A DNA stretch of 64,000 nt from Candidatus Eiseniibacteriota bacterium (GTDB taxonomy: Bacteria > Eisenbacteria > RBG-16-71-46 > JABDJR01). Below, piece after piece: positions 48,027 to 57,698 of this stretch. Where the stretch lies: the NCBI GenBank assembly GCA_963783375.1, contig CAWANH010000001.1:176830-240829 (forward strand), given 5' to 3'. Below the pieces are notes generated by a model, which was not told the origin of the DNA, made no database searches, and saw only the letters and a list, made by a program, of their open reading frames with translations. The first letter of the stretch is position 1; each line of letters opens with the position of its first letter. The position numbers and the translations under genes are program-made.

Positions 48027-48985
48027 CCGTCGATCGGAAGACGACCCTCAAGCGTCCGGAGTGGATCAAGATCCGGCTCAACAACACCGAGGAATTCCGC
48101 GAGGTGAAGGGCCTGGTCAAGAACCTGAGCCTGAACACGGTGTGCGAGGAAGCGCGCTGCCCCAACATCTTCGAGTGCTGGGGGCGGGAGAAGACCGCCA
48201 CCTTCATGGTCATGGGGGACATCTGCACCCGGCGCTGCATGTTCTGCAACGTGGCCAAGGGGAAGCCGGGGTATCTGGACCCCGAGGAGCCGCGCCACGT
48301 GGGGGAGGCGGTGGCCGCCCTGGGGCTTCGTCACGCGGTCATCACCCAGGTGAACCGGGACGACCTCCCCGACGAGGGGGCCGGGCACTTCGCCGAGACC
48401 ATCCGATCCATCCGGGAACGGGCTCCGGAGTGCCGGGTGGAAGTCCTGATCAGCGACCTCCGGGGAAACTGGGACGCGTTGGAGACCATCCTCGACGCCC
48501 GCCCCGACGTCCTCGCCCACAACACCGAGTGCGTGAAGCGCCTCTACCGGCGGGTGCGGCCCTACGCGGTGTACGAGCGCTCGATGGAACTCCTGGAGCG
48601 CGCCGCGCGGGCCCGCGGCGACCGCATCCGGGCCACCAAGTCCGGGATCATGGTCGGCCTGGGCGAGACCTTCGAGGAGATCGTCGCGCTGATGGGGGAC
48701 CTTCGCCGGTCCGACGTGGATATCTTCACCGTGGGGCAGTACCTCCAGCCCACCCGGAAGCACCTTCCGGTGCAGCGCTACCTCACCCCCGAGGAGTACC
48801 GGGGAATCCACGACGCGGGGATGGAGGCCGGGTTCGTCTACGTGGAGGCCGGACCCCTGGTCCGCTCGTCCTACCACGCCGGCCGGGCCTCGGACGCCAT
48901 GGAGCGCCTTCTGGACCCAGACGCGGCCTCGGGGGCGAAGATGGCCGGGGCCGGCGGTCCCCGCGAGTCGGATCCCGGTCGCTGA
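48023..48985 (+). CDS. lipA: Lipoyl synthase
   Basis: TVCEEARCPNIFEC, CTRRCMFC, GQYLQP, VRSSYHA; ATGA overlap with lipB. Confidence 0.96.
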   Translation: MTVDRKTTLKRPEWIKIRLNNTEEFREVKGLVKNLSLNTVCEEARCPNIFECWGREKTATFMVMGDICTRRCMFCNVAKGKPGYLDPEEPRHVGEAVAALGLRHAVITQVNRDDLPDEGAGHFAETIRSIRERAPECRVEVLISDLRGNWDALETILDARPDVLAHNTECVKRLYRRVRPYAVYERSMELLERAARARGDRIRATKSGIMVGLGETFEEIVALMGDLRRSDVDIFTVGQYLQPTRKHLPVQRYLTPEEYRGIHDAGMEAGFVYVEAGPLVRSSYHAGRASDAMERLLDPDAASGAKMAGAGGPRESDPGR

Positions 48986-49216
48986 TCCCCCCGGCCCGCG
49001 GGGAGCCGGGAACCTGTCTGAGCCGTCCCGAGCCACCCGAACCGCGCGACCGGAATCCCGGAAATTCCCGGCTTGGACCGATCCGGGTTTTCGGTTTCTT
49101 GCTCCTGCCAAATCGGATAAAATCCAAATCGACGACCGGCCCGGGATGCGTCCCTCTTCCCCCGGAGTTCCCCGGGCACTCTTCAGCCCTGCACCCAAGG
49201 GAATGAGGTATCCACC

Positions 49217-50113
49217 ATGAAGTACGCTACCCTATCGATCGCCTGCGCGTTCCTCCTCGCCGCGGCGGAGGCGGTGTGGGCCCAGCCGACCATCGACGGC
49301 ACCCTCGATGTGGCCTACGGCCCCGCCCTCACGACCCAGGACACCAACACCGGCTTCGGGGACAGCAACCTGGGCGTCGTGGACGACGCCAACGGATCGG
49401 AACTGGACCAAGCCTACGGAGGAATTTCCGGAGGCTATCTCTATCTCTTCCTCACCGGAAACCTGGAGTCGAACTTCAACAAGATCGAGATCTTTCTCGA
49501 CACCGTCCCCGGAGGTGAGAACCGGCTGCTGGGGACCAACTCCAACCAGGGCGGCTTCCTACGCATGTGCGACGACGGATCCGGAAACGGGCTCATCTTC
49601 GACACCAACTTCGAGGCTGACTACTGGTTCAGCATCACCGGCGGCGGCTCCCCCTACGCCCTCTACGCGGACTACGTGGAGATCGGCACCGGGGTGGGCT
49701 ACTACCTTGGCCAGGGCGCGGCGGCCACTCCCGGTCCGCTGGTCGGCGGCGGGGCTCCATTCCCGGTGGAGGCCACCATCGACAACCGCAATGTCGCGGG
49801 GGTGGGGGGCACCGGCTGCCCGGCCACGGGGGGGGGTGGATTCGGCGTGACGACCGGAGTCGAGCTCAAGATCCCGCTCCTGGCCATTGGAAACCCCACC
49901 GGCTGCGTGCAGGTGTGCGCTTTCGTGAACGGCGTGAACCACGACTACATGGCGAACCAGATCCTGGGGCCGGCAAGCCTGGCCTGCAACCTGGCCGATC
50001 CCCGGTCCGTCGACCTCAACCAGTATCCCAGCAACCAGTTCTTCACCGTCTGCGACCTCCCCGTTCCGGTCGAATCCACGACGTGGGGGAGAATCAAGGC
50101 GGCCTACGAGTAG
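49217..50113 (+). CDS. Secreted protein with C-terminal PVESTTWGRIKAAYE tail
   Basis: Signal peptide (AVWA-Q), Gly/Asn-rich beta body, conserved-looking tail. Confidence 0.8.
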   Translation: MKYATLSIACAFLLAAAEAVWAQPTIDGTLDVAYGPALTTQDTNTGFGDSNLGVVDDANGSELDQAYGGISGGYLYLFLTGNLESNFNKIEIFLDTVPGGENRLLGTNSNQGGFLRMCDDGSGNGLIFDTNFEADYWFSITGGGSPYALYADYVEIGTGVGYYLGQGAAATPGPLVGGGAPFPVEATIDNRNVAGVGGTGCPATGGGGFGVTTGVELKIPLLAIGNPTGCVQVCAFVNGVNHDYMANQILGPASLACNLADPRSVDLNQYPSNQFFTVCDLPVPVESTTWGRIKAAYE

Positions 50114-50145
50114 TCGACCGCCGGATCGCCGGCCTTCATGAACGG

Positions 50146-50171
50146 CGGGCCCCCTCCGGCGAGGGGGCCCG
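50146..50171. terminator. Hairpin terminator between convergent genes
   Basis: CGGGCCCCCTC-cggc-GAGGGGGCCCG with outer ATGAAC/GTTCAT pairing. Confidence 0.65.
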
Positions 50172-50208
50172 GTTCATTTACGGCCGGAGGGCATACTGCG
50201 GCCTCGAA

Positions 50209-51888
50209 TCACCTCCCGGCGCCCAGGTCCGCGGTGGGGAGAAACCGCGGCGGGCGCCGGTGGTGGGTCCCCTGCTCGTAGGCGAAGGCGAGCTTCAGGA
50301 GCTTCGGTTCGTCCCAGGCCCGGCCCACGAACGAGATCCCCACCGGGAGCCCGAACACGAACCCGGCGGGAACGGTGATGCTGGGGTAGCCCGAGACCGC
50401 GGCCGGAGTGGAGCTTCCGCCCAGGTAGTGGTCGCCGTTCACCAGGTCGGTGGTCCAGGCGGGGCCGCCGGTGGGCATGACCAGGGCGTCCAGCCGGTTC
50501 GCGTTCATGACCGCGTCGATCCCCTCCTCCCGGGAGAGCTTCCGGCAGGTGGCCAGCGCTTCGAGGTAGGCCGGGTCGGTGAGCGGCCCCTTCTCCTCGG
50601 CCATGACCATGAGCTCCTGCCCGAAGTATCGAAGCTCCGAGACGCGGTTCCGCTCGTTGAAGTCGATCACGTCCTTCAGGATCTTCACCCGGCCACCGGG
50701 GGCCCAGGTCCGGAAGTAGGCCTCGAGATCCGCCTTGAACTCGTAGAGGAGCACCTCGAACTCCGCGTCGTCGTACTCCCCGGCGTGGGGGATGTCCGCC
50801 GGGTCCACGATCGTCGCGCCCAGGCGCTCCAGGTCCTTGATCGCGGCCTCGATCAGCGCGTCGGCGGGTTTGGAGTAGCCGAAGAATTTCTCGCGCGCCA
50901 CCCCGATCCGGGCCCCCCGCAATCCCCCGGGATCCAGGAAGCGGGTGTAGTCGGGTTCCACGTGGCCGGCGGAGGCGGCGGTGGCCGGATCGGAGGGATC
51001 CGGACCGGCCAGGGCGGCGAGGAGGATCGCCGCGTCGGCCACGGTGCGGGCGATCGGTCCCGCGGTGTCCTGGGAGTGGGAGATGGGCACGATCCCCGAC
51101 CGGCTCACCAGCCCCAGCGTGGGCTTCAACCCCACCACCCCGTTGGTGGCCGACGGACAGACGATGGAGCCGTCGGTCTCGGTTCCCACCGCCACCGCGC
51201 AGTAGTTGGAGGAGACCCCGGCGGCGGACCCGGAGCTCGATCCGCAGGGGTTCCGGTCCAGGGCGTAGGGGTTCCTCCCCTGTCCTCCCCGGGCGCTCCA
51301 GCCGCTGGAGGAATGGGTGGAGCGGAAGTTGGCCCATTCGCTCAGGTTCGCCTTGCCGAGGATCACCGCCCCGGCCTCGCGCAGTTTCTTCGCCACGAAG
51401 GAGTCGCCGGGCGGGGCGGCGCCGGCCAGGGCCAGGGACCCCGCCGTGGTCTGCATCCGGTCGGCGGTGGCCACGTTGTCCTTCACCAGGACCGGGATCC
51501 CGTGGAGAGGGCCGCGCGGCCCCTTCTGCTTCCGCTCGGCGTCGAGTCCCTCGGCGATGGCCAGGGCCTCGGGGTTGGTTTCGATCACGTGATGGAGGGC
51601 GGGGCCCGCCTTGTCCATGGCCCCGATCCGCACCAGGTACTTCCGGGTGAGTTCCCGGGAGGTGGTGCGCCCCGCGCGCAGGTCCTCCTGGAGACCGGCC
51701 AGGGTCGCCTCCTCCAGGTCGAAGCGCGGCCCGCCGCCCGAGGCCCCGGGGCCCCCTGCGTCTCCCGGCGCGCCGAACGCCGCCCGCATCGGCGCGGCGG
51801 CGAAGAGCGCGCCCCCCGCCGCGGCCCGCCTGATGAAGCTCCTTCGGTTCATCCCCGCGTGTTCGCGATGGTCATCGTGATCGGTCAT
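50209..51888 (-). CDS. Tat-exported amidase-signature family amidase
   Basis: Twin-Arg NRRSFI; LHGIPVLVKDN, GSSSGS, GTETDGSIVCP. Confidence 0.93.
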   Translation of the reverse strand: MTDHDDHREHAGMNRRSFIRRAAAGGALFAAAPMRAAFGAPGDAGGPGASGGGPRFDLEEATLAGLQEDLRAGRTTSRELTRKYLVRIGAMDKAGPALHHVIETNPEALAIAEGLDAERKQKGPRGPLHGIPVLVKDNVATADRMQTTAGSLALAGAAPPGDSFVAKKLREAGAVILGKANLSEWANFRSTHSSSGWSARGGQGRNPYALDRNPCGSSSGSAAGVSSNYCAVAVGTETDGSIVCPSATNGVVGLKPTLGLVSRSGIVPISHSQDTAGPIARTVADAAILLAALAGPDPSDPATAASAGHVEPDYTRFLDPGGLRGARIGVAREKFFGYSKPADALIEAAIKDLERLGATIVDPADIPHAGEYDDAEFEVLLYEFKADLEAYFRTWAPGGRVKILKDVIDFNERNRVSELRYFGQELMVMAEEKGPLTDPAYLEALATCRKLSREEGIDAVMNANRLDALVMPTGGPAWTTDLVNGDHYLGGSSTPAAVSGYPSITVPAGFVFGLPVGISFVGRAWDEPKLLKLAFAYEQGTHHRRPPRFLPTADLGAGR

Positions 51889-52070
51889 GGCGCTCCTCGT
51901 CGGCTGAGATGGAATCGGCTGGTGAACGTTCGGCCGGGAGGGAGTTTATCCCCGGAAGGGCGCCAACGCGAGCCCAGGAGCCGGGAAGACCCGACGGGCG
52001 GAGAGGAAGCGGGCCGGCCCCGCGAAGGACCGGCCCGCCGGGGGCCGAGTGGAAGCGATGGAGACCGTCG

Positions 52071-52895
52071 CTACCGGTAGAGCGACTTGATCGCGCTCCA
52101 CGTGGTTCTCTCGACCGGGACCGAGCCCCAGTCACAGGTCTCGACGCAGAGATCCACGGGGACGGTGGTGTTGTTGCAGACGAACAGAACCTGGAAGCAG
52201 CAGGTCGTCCCCACGGCGACCGAGGCGTCGGACCCGACGCAGATGTAGCCGGACCAGCCGGAGGGAAGACCCGGAGGGGCCGGAGTGAAGTCCTCGTTCA
52301 CCAGGGTGCCGGTGAACCCGGAGCAGAGCGGCGTAAACGTCCAGGTGGTCAGCCCCGTGCACTGGGTCACCACGTGGATGTAGGAGCTCCCGCCGCCCGG
52401 GCAACTCTGGAGAGTGCCGTAGTGGACGAAGGTCTCTCCCCCTCCCCCCGCGGGGTCGGTCCATATCACGTCCACGTTCCCGTCCCAATGATCGTCGGGA
52501 GGGCAACCGGCGACCGCGACGTCCTGCACGCCGGCGGGAGCGGACGACGTGCCGGGGACGATCTCCCCGGCGCTCGGGGGGAGCTGGCTCAGCGAGACCT
52601 CGTAGCTGATGTCGAAGAAGCTGTCCGGGGCCAGGGACGGGACGTTGAACGAGCCGATCTCGCCGAATCGCGGGACGAAGGCGCCGTACTCCTGGGAGTA
52701 GAGGACACCCGTGGACGCGGCGCTCGTATCGGGACCAGGGTTGGTGAAGTGGAGGCTGAACGTGACCATGCCGTTCTGGGTGACCCAGCCGATGTCCTCG
52801 TGCTCGATGCCGAGGACCGCGGACGCGGTGGTGGGGTGGAGGATTAGGAGCATTGCCGGCAGGCACGCTGCGCGGAGAAGGGTAGAAAACCTCAT
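52071..52895 (-). CDS. Secreted Cys-rich protein with C-terminal PVERTTWSAIKSLYR tail
   Basis: Signal peptide after SD AAAGGAG; Ig/CARDB-like N-terminal half; same tail as the 49217 gene. Confidence 0.8.
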   Translation of the reverse strand: MRFSTLLRAACLPAMLLILHPTTASAVLGIEHEDIGWVTQNGMVTFSLHFTNPGPDTSAASTGVLYSQEYGAFVPRFGEIGSFNVPSLAPDSFFDISYEVSLSQLPPSAGEIVPGTSSAPAGVQDVAVAGCPPDDHWDGNVDVIWTDPAGGGGETFVHYGTLQSCPGGGSSYIHVVTQCTGLTTWTFTPLCSGFTGTLVNEDFTPAPPGLPSGWSGYICVGSDASVAVGTTCCFQVLFVCNNTTVPVDLCVETCDWGSVPVERTTWSAIKSLYR

Positions 52896-53135
52896 GGGGG
52901 TCTCTCCTTTCGGGGGCTCGGGAATGGGGACCGGGATGCAAGTCCCTCCAACCCGAAAAGTACGCCGATCGACCCCCTCAAACAACAAATAAAATGAAAT
53001 AAATCAGATTTGATAAGCCTAATCGCTTCAAGTAGTTATGAAAATCATGCCACAATCCAAAGCCGAATTGGGACCGGCCGATCGTTTGGGATCCACTTCC
53101 GCCCCCCTGTCGCCCCGGGACCTCGGCTCCCCCCC

Positions 53136-53948
53136 CTACTTCACCGCCCCCGCGGTCAGCCCCTGGACGATCCTCCGCTGGAAGACGAGCACCAGCACGG
53201 CCACCGGCACCGTGGCCACCACCGCCCCGGCCAGGATCTCCCCCCACGGCACCTGGTACTGCCCCCGGAAGAGGGCGATGGCCACCGGCACCGTCTGCCG
53301 CTCGGGACCGAGGGTGAACGACAGCGCAAAGAGGAACTCGTTCCAGCAGTAGACGAAGGTGAGGATCGCGGTGGTGGCGAGCCCCGGGAGCGAGAGCGGA
53401 AGGATCACCTCGCGAAAGATCCGGAGCCGGCCCGCGCCGTCGATCATGGCCGCTTCTTCCAGCTCCCGGGGAAGCTGGCGGAAGAACCCCACCAGGAGCC
53501 ACACGGTGAGCGGCATGGCGAAGGTCATGTACGGAAAGATGAGTCCGGGGTAGGTATTGACCAGCCCGAGGTCCCGAAGCACCAGGTAGAGGGGTGAGGC
53601 GATGGAGATCTGGGGAAACATGGTCACCGCGAGGACGAAGCCCAGGACCGGGCCCTTCCCCCGGAACCGGAGGCGGGCGATGGCGTAGGCGCAGAAGGCC
53701 CCCAGGACCACGCACAACCCGGTGGTGGATCCGGCCACGACCATCGAATTCCGGATGGGGATCCAGAACCGGCGCTGGGTGAAGAGCGCCCGGTAGTGGT
53801 CGAGGGTGAGCGCGCCGGGGATGAGGGTGGGCTTCTGGAAAAGCGCCTGCTCGGGGGTGAGGGACGCAATCACCGCCCAGTAGAACGGGAAGAGAATGCC
53901 GAGGACCAGGAGCGCCAGCACGATCCACGAGAGACGCCGTCCGCTCAT
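53136..53948 (-). CDS. Carbohydrate ABC transporter permease (MalG/SugB type)
   Basis: LPRELEEAAMIDGA, WNEFLFA, IVQGLTAGAVK. Confidence 0.93.
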   Translation of the reverse strand: MSGRRLSWIVLALLVLGILFPFYWAVIASLTPEQALFQKPTLIPGALTLDHYRALFTQRRFWIPIRNSMVVAGSTTGLCVVLGAFCAYAIARLRFRGKGPVLGFVLAVTMFPQISIASPLYLVLRDLGLVNTYPGLIFPYMTFAMPLTVWLLVGFFRQLPRELEEAAMIDGAGRLRIFREVILPLSLPGLATTAILTFVYCWNEFLFALSFTLGPERQTVPVAIALFRGQYQVPWGEILAGAVVATVPVAVLVLVFQRRIVQGLTAGAVK

Positions 53949-54856
53949 GCCCCCTCCTCGGCGGCGAGACCCGCGCCCAGAATCCGGATGTAGACCAGGG
54001 CCAACCCGAAGGTGACCCCGAAAACGATCACCGAGAGCGCCGAGCCGTAGCCGAAACGGAGATTCTGGAGGAGCTGGTTGAAGGTGTAGAGGGCGATGGG
54101 CTCGGTGGAGGTGCCCGGTCCCCCGCCGGTCAGGACGTAGACCAGGTCGAATACCCGAAAGGCGTCGAGGGTGCGGAAGATCAGCGCCACCAGGATGGCC
54201 GGTTTGAGGAGCGGCAGGGTGATCCGCGTGAACGCCGTCCAGGCGCCGGCGCCGTCCACCCGCGCCGCCTCGTAGAGGGTCTCGTCGATGTTCTGGAGCC
54301 CGGCCAGAAGGAGCAGGGTCACGAAGGGGGTCATCTTCCACACGTCGCTCAGGATCACCGGCGCCCACGCTCCCACTGCGCTCGAGAACCAGACGAAGGG
54401 ATGCCGGAGGAGATGGAGATCGACCAGCGCGGCGTTCACGATCCCCGCCTGCCCCTCGAAGAGAAACCGCCAGAGGAGCGCCGACACCACGGTGGGAATG
54501 GCCCACGGCACCAGCACCGCCATCCGCACCGCCCCCCGCCCCCGATAGGCGCGGTTGAGGCTCAGGGCGAGAAAGAGCCCGATCCCGAGTTCCAGGATCA
54601 CCGTGGCCCCGGTGAAGAGGGCGGTGTGGAGGAGCGCTCCCCAGAACCGCGGGGTGGAAAGCGCCTCGGCGTAGTTGGCGAAGCCGACGAACGGATGCCC
54701 CCGCCACGGCATCCGAAGATCGTGGAGGTGGAGCGAGTCCCACACCGTCCAGAGAAGCGGAAAGACCGCCACCAGCACCACGATGCCCAGGGCGGGCAGC
54801 ACCAGCCCCCAGGCCAGGCGCGCCTCCGACCGGGATCGCGGGCCGCTCACCGCCAT
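53945..54856 (-). CDS. Carbohydrate ABC transporter permease (MalF/SugA type)
   Basis: VPWAIPTVV, LYEAARVDGA, LTGGGPG. Confidence 0.93.
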   Translation of the reverse strand: MAVSGPRSRSEARLAWGLVLPALGIVVLVAVFPLLWTVWDSLHLHDLRMPWRGHPFVGFANYAEALSTPRFWGALLHTALFTGATVILELGIGLFLALSLNRAYRGRGAVRMAVLVPWAIPTVVSALLWRFLFEGQAGIVNAALVDLHLLRHPFVWFSSAVGAWAPVILSDVWKMTPFVTLLLLAGLQNIDETLYEAARVDGAGAWTAFTRITLPLLKPAILVALIFRTLDAFRVFDLVYVLTGGGPGTSTEPIALYTFNQLLQNLRFGYGSALSVIVFGVTFGLALVYIRILGAGLAAEEGA

Positions 54857-54896
54857 CCCCAGTGTGGAAGCCCCCGCCGGCAAGGTTCCGGGCCGT

Positions 54897-56180
54897 TCAC
54901 GGCATTCCGCCGGCCGCGGCCCCGTCGGGAGCGAGTCCGACCCGCCGCAGGAGTTCCCGCATCTCCGTCGCCGCCCGGTGGAGCGCGTCCGCGGGCTCGG
55001 CCTGGCCGGTCAGGGCGCGGTGGAGCTGGATCTGCAGGGTCTCGGAGAGCTGGGTGTAGACCGGGGTCGCCGGCCGGGGCCTCGACGCGGCGATCACCGC
55101 GCGCGCTTCCGCGGGAGGGACGGCCAGGGCCTTCGCCAGCCGTGGGTCGTCGTAGAGGGCGACCCGGGCCGGGTACTGACCGGCGACCTCCGCCCGTTCC
55201 AGCATCTGGGCGGGCCGGGTGAGGTAGTCGATCACCGCGTACGCCGCCTCGGGATGCCTGGACCGGGCGTTGACCGCGAGCTGGGAGCCGCCGAGCGCGG
55301 CGGTGGGCCGGCCTCCGGGGGCCGAGGGCATGGGAGCGACCGCGAACCGTCCCACCACCGTGGACCTGGTCGAGTCCTCCATGAGGGGATAGGCATAGGG
55401 CCAGTTCCTCATGAACACCGCCCGGCCGTTCTGGAAGGCGAAGCGGGTCTCCTCCTCGTGCCAGGTGAGCGCGTCCCGCGGGGTCACCCCGAGGCTGTCG
55501 ATGGCGGCGCGCATGGCGGTGAGGGCGCGAATCGCCTCCGGGGAGTCCACCGCCACCCGGCCCGAGGCGTCCATGATCCGCCCGCCGTAGCCTCCCAGGA
55601 ACTCCAGGAACACCGTGACCAGCCCCTCGTAGCGGGCCCCCTGCCAGACGAATCCGTAGGGGAGACCGTCCGCCTGCATGCCCCGGCGGGCCTGGCGGAA
55701 GAGCTCATCGAAGGTGGCCGGAGGATGCGCGAGCAGGTCGGTCCGCCAGTAGAGCATCCCCACGTCCACGAACCACGGGAGCGCATACAGGGATCCCTTC
55801 CACGAGTCGGCCTCCACGGTCGCCGGGAAGAATGCCGCGGTGTCCGGCCCGAAACGGTCGAGGGGAAGGATCCAGCCCGCGGCGGCGAACTCCGGGGTCC
55901 AGATCACGTCGAGCTGAAGAATGTCCGGTTCGCTGGCCTCGGCGTTCAACCACTGGACGTAGAGCTGGTGGCGCTGGTCGGCGGCGTCCGGGGTCTCCCG
56001 CTGGACCACCCGGATGCCGGGATGAAGTTCCATGAAGCGCGCGAGCTGGCGCTTCAGGACCCGGGCTTCGGCTCCCACCGAGCTTCCGGGAAAGGTGATC
56101 ACGGTCCCGGTTTCCCGGGGCTTCCCGCATCCCGCGGCCAGAACGGCAAGGAGGACGCCGATCCGGATTGCCTTGGATAT
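54897..56180 (-). CDS. Trehalose/maltose-type ABC substrate-binding lipoprotein, apparent ATA start
   Basis: DVIWTPEFAAAGW, QGARYEGL, FMRNWPYAY, ALGG. In-frame signal peptide (I)SKAIRIGVLLAVLAAG-C begins at ATA 56180, 5 nt after AAAGGAGG. Confidence 0.88.
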   Translation of the reverse strand: MSKAIRIGVLLAVLAAGCGKPRETGTVITFPGSSVGAEARVLKRQLARFMELHPGIRVVQRETPDAADQRHQLYVQWLNAEASEPDILQLDVIWTPEFAAAGWILPLDRFGPDTAAFFPATVEADSWKGSLYALPWFVDVGMLYWRTDLLAHPPATFDELFRQARRGMQADGLPYGFVWQGARYEGLVTVFLEFLGGYGGRIMDASGRVAVDSPEAIRALTAMRAAIDSLGVTPRDALTWHEEETRFAFQNGRAVFMRNWPYAYPLMEDSTRSTVVGRFAVAPMPSAPGGRPTAALGGSQLAVNARSRHPEAAYAVIDYLTRPAQMLERAEVAGQYPARVALYDDPRLAKALAVPPAEARAVIAASRPRPATPVYTQLSETLQIQLHRALTGQAEPADALHRAATEMRELLRRVGLAPDGAAAGGMP

Positions 56181-56326
56181 GGCGGCCTCCTTTCGTGAAC
56201 TCTCCCAGGGAGAAGACGGCGACGGATCGCGCGCCCGGATTCATCTTACGTTCCTCGATCGGGGAGGGCAAACCGGGCCGCTCTCGGCGGCGGTCGGGGC
56301 GGCGGCGGGCTGATACACTCGCCGCG

Positions 56327-57196
56327 ATGATCACCCTGCGAATCAGGAACGAAGAGATCCGGCTCGAACCCGAGGAATTCGACCTCTGGGCCCAGGACGG
56401 GCGCATTCCCCCCGGGACCCTGGTCTGGGTCGAGGGGGCGGGATGGTCGCCGGTCGAGGGGACCGGGATCTGGCGGCGGGCGATGCGCCGGGGCGTGCCG
56501 CCGCCCCTTCCCCGGGGTCCCAACGTGAGCCGGGTCCTCTTCCCCTCTCGAGGCGTTTCGGTCACCGAGATCATGCTGCTGGTCAATCTCCTGGTCGCCG
56601 GGGTGCTGGTGGCGATGTACCGGGGGCAGTACCTGGATACGGTGGTGCACTGGGCCGGCGGCTGGTGGCACGCGGTCCGCGACCACCGCGCCTACTGGTG
56701 GTGGGTCCCGACCCTCTTCCTTCACGCCGGGCCGCAGCACCTGCTGAGCAACATGACCGCCCTCCTGGCCACCTCGGGGTCGGTCGAGTACCTGATGGGA
56801 AAGCGCTGGGCGCTCCTCGGGTACTTCATCACCGGCATCGCGGGAATGTGGCTGTCCTACGCCGGTCACGGCCGCCCACCGCTCAGCATCGGCGCTTCGG
56901 GGGCGGTGTTCGGGCTCGGGGGAATGACGGCGAGCTTCCTCATCCGCCGTTACCGGATCTTCAGCTACCGCCAGCGGTGGAAGGCCCGCCGGGTCTACCT
57001 CCCGCTCTTCGTGGCCCTGGTGCTCCCATCCATCCTGAACGCGGATTACCTGGGGCACCTCGGAGGATTCCTGTCGGGGCTCGTCCTGGGGTTCTTCGTC
57101 CCCCCCCACTCGCGGGTCCGCGAGCTGGCCGAAGGGGCGGACGAATCGGAGCGGTTCGGCGGCGCCGGGACGACCCGTTCGGGGACCGGCGCCTAG
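56327..57196 (+). CDS. Rhomboid intramembrane serine protease with N-terminal GYF_2-like domain
   Basis: FLHAGPQHLLSN, GASGAVFG, GHLGGFLSG; N-terminal GRIPPGTLVWVEG..W. Confidence 0.88.
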   Translation: MITLRIRNEEIRLEPEEFDLWAQDGRIPPGTLVWVEGAGWSPVEGTGIWRRAMRRGVPPPLPRGPNVSRVLFPSRGVSVTEIMLLVNLLVAGVLVAMYRGQYLDTVVHWAGGWWHAVRDHRAYWWWVPTLFLHAGPQHLLSNMTALLATSGSVEYLMGKRWALLGYFITGIAGMWLSYAGHGRPPLSIGASGAVFGLGGMTASFLIRRYRIFSYRQRWKARRVYLPLFVALVLPSILNADYLGHLGGFLSGLVLGFFVPPHSRVRELAEGADESERFGGAGTTRSGTGA

Positions 57197-57203
57197 GCGC
57201 GGA

Positions 57204-57698
57204 TCACTCCACCTCGACCACGGTGCCGTTGGCCACCACCCCCACGCGGTTGCTCGAGAACTCGGTGTAGTCGAGGTCCACGCCCACCACCGCGTTCCCC
57301 CCCAGGCAGAGCGCCCGGTACTTGAGCCGGGCCAGGGCGCTCCGCTTGGCCGTCTGGAGCTTGGTCTCGAACTCGGTGGAGTTTCGCCCCAGGAAATCCT
57401 CGACGCCGGCGGTGAGTTCGGTCAGGGGGCTGGTGCCGAACACCACCTCGACGCTCTCCACGTCGATGTAGCGCTTGATGCGCCGCCCCTCGAGACCCGG
57501 GGTGGTGGTGGCCACGATGTCCGCCACCACCCGGGGGAGAACCTCCTCCGGCTTGAGCCATCGCGACTGCTCGGGATCGAAGATCTGGCAGTCGTGAGGA
57601 ACGTGGTTCGTCCGATACCACTCCCTCACCCCGGTGAAGGACTCGGCCGGGTAGTCTTTCCCATCGTGTCGCAGGGTCCACTGTGACGGCTCGCTCAT
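57204..57698 (-). CDS. YbjQ/UPF0145 family protein with N-terminal GYF_2-like extension
   Basis: TTTPGLEGRRIKRY, GGNAVVGVDLDY, VANGTVV. Confidence 0.85.
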   Translation of the reverse strand: MSEPSQWTLRHDGKDYPAESFTGVREWYRTNHVPHDCQIFDPEQSRWLKPEEVLPRVVADIVATTTPGLEGRRIKRYIDVESVEVVFGTSPLTELTAGVEDFLGRNSTEFETKLQTAKRSALARLKYRALCLGGNAVVGVDLDYTEFSSNRVGVVANGTVVEVE

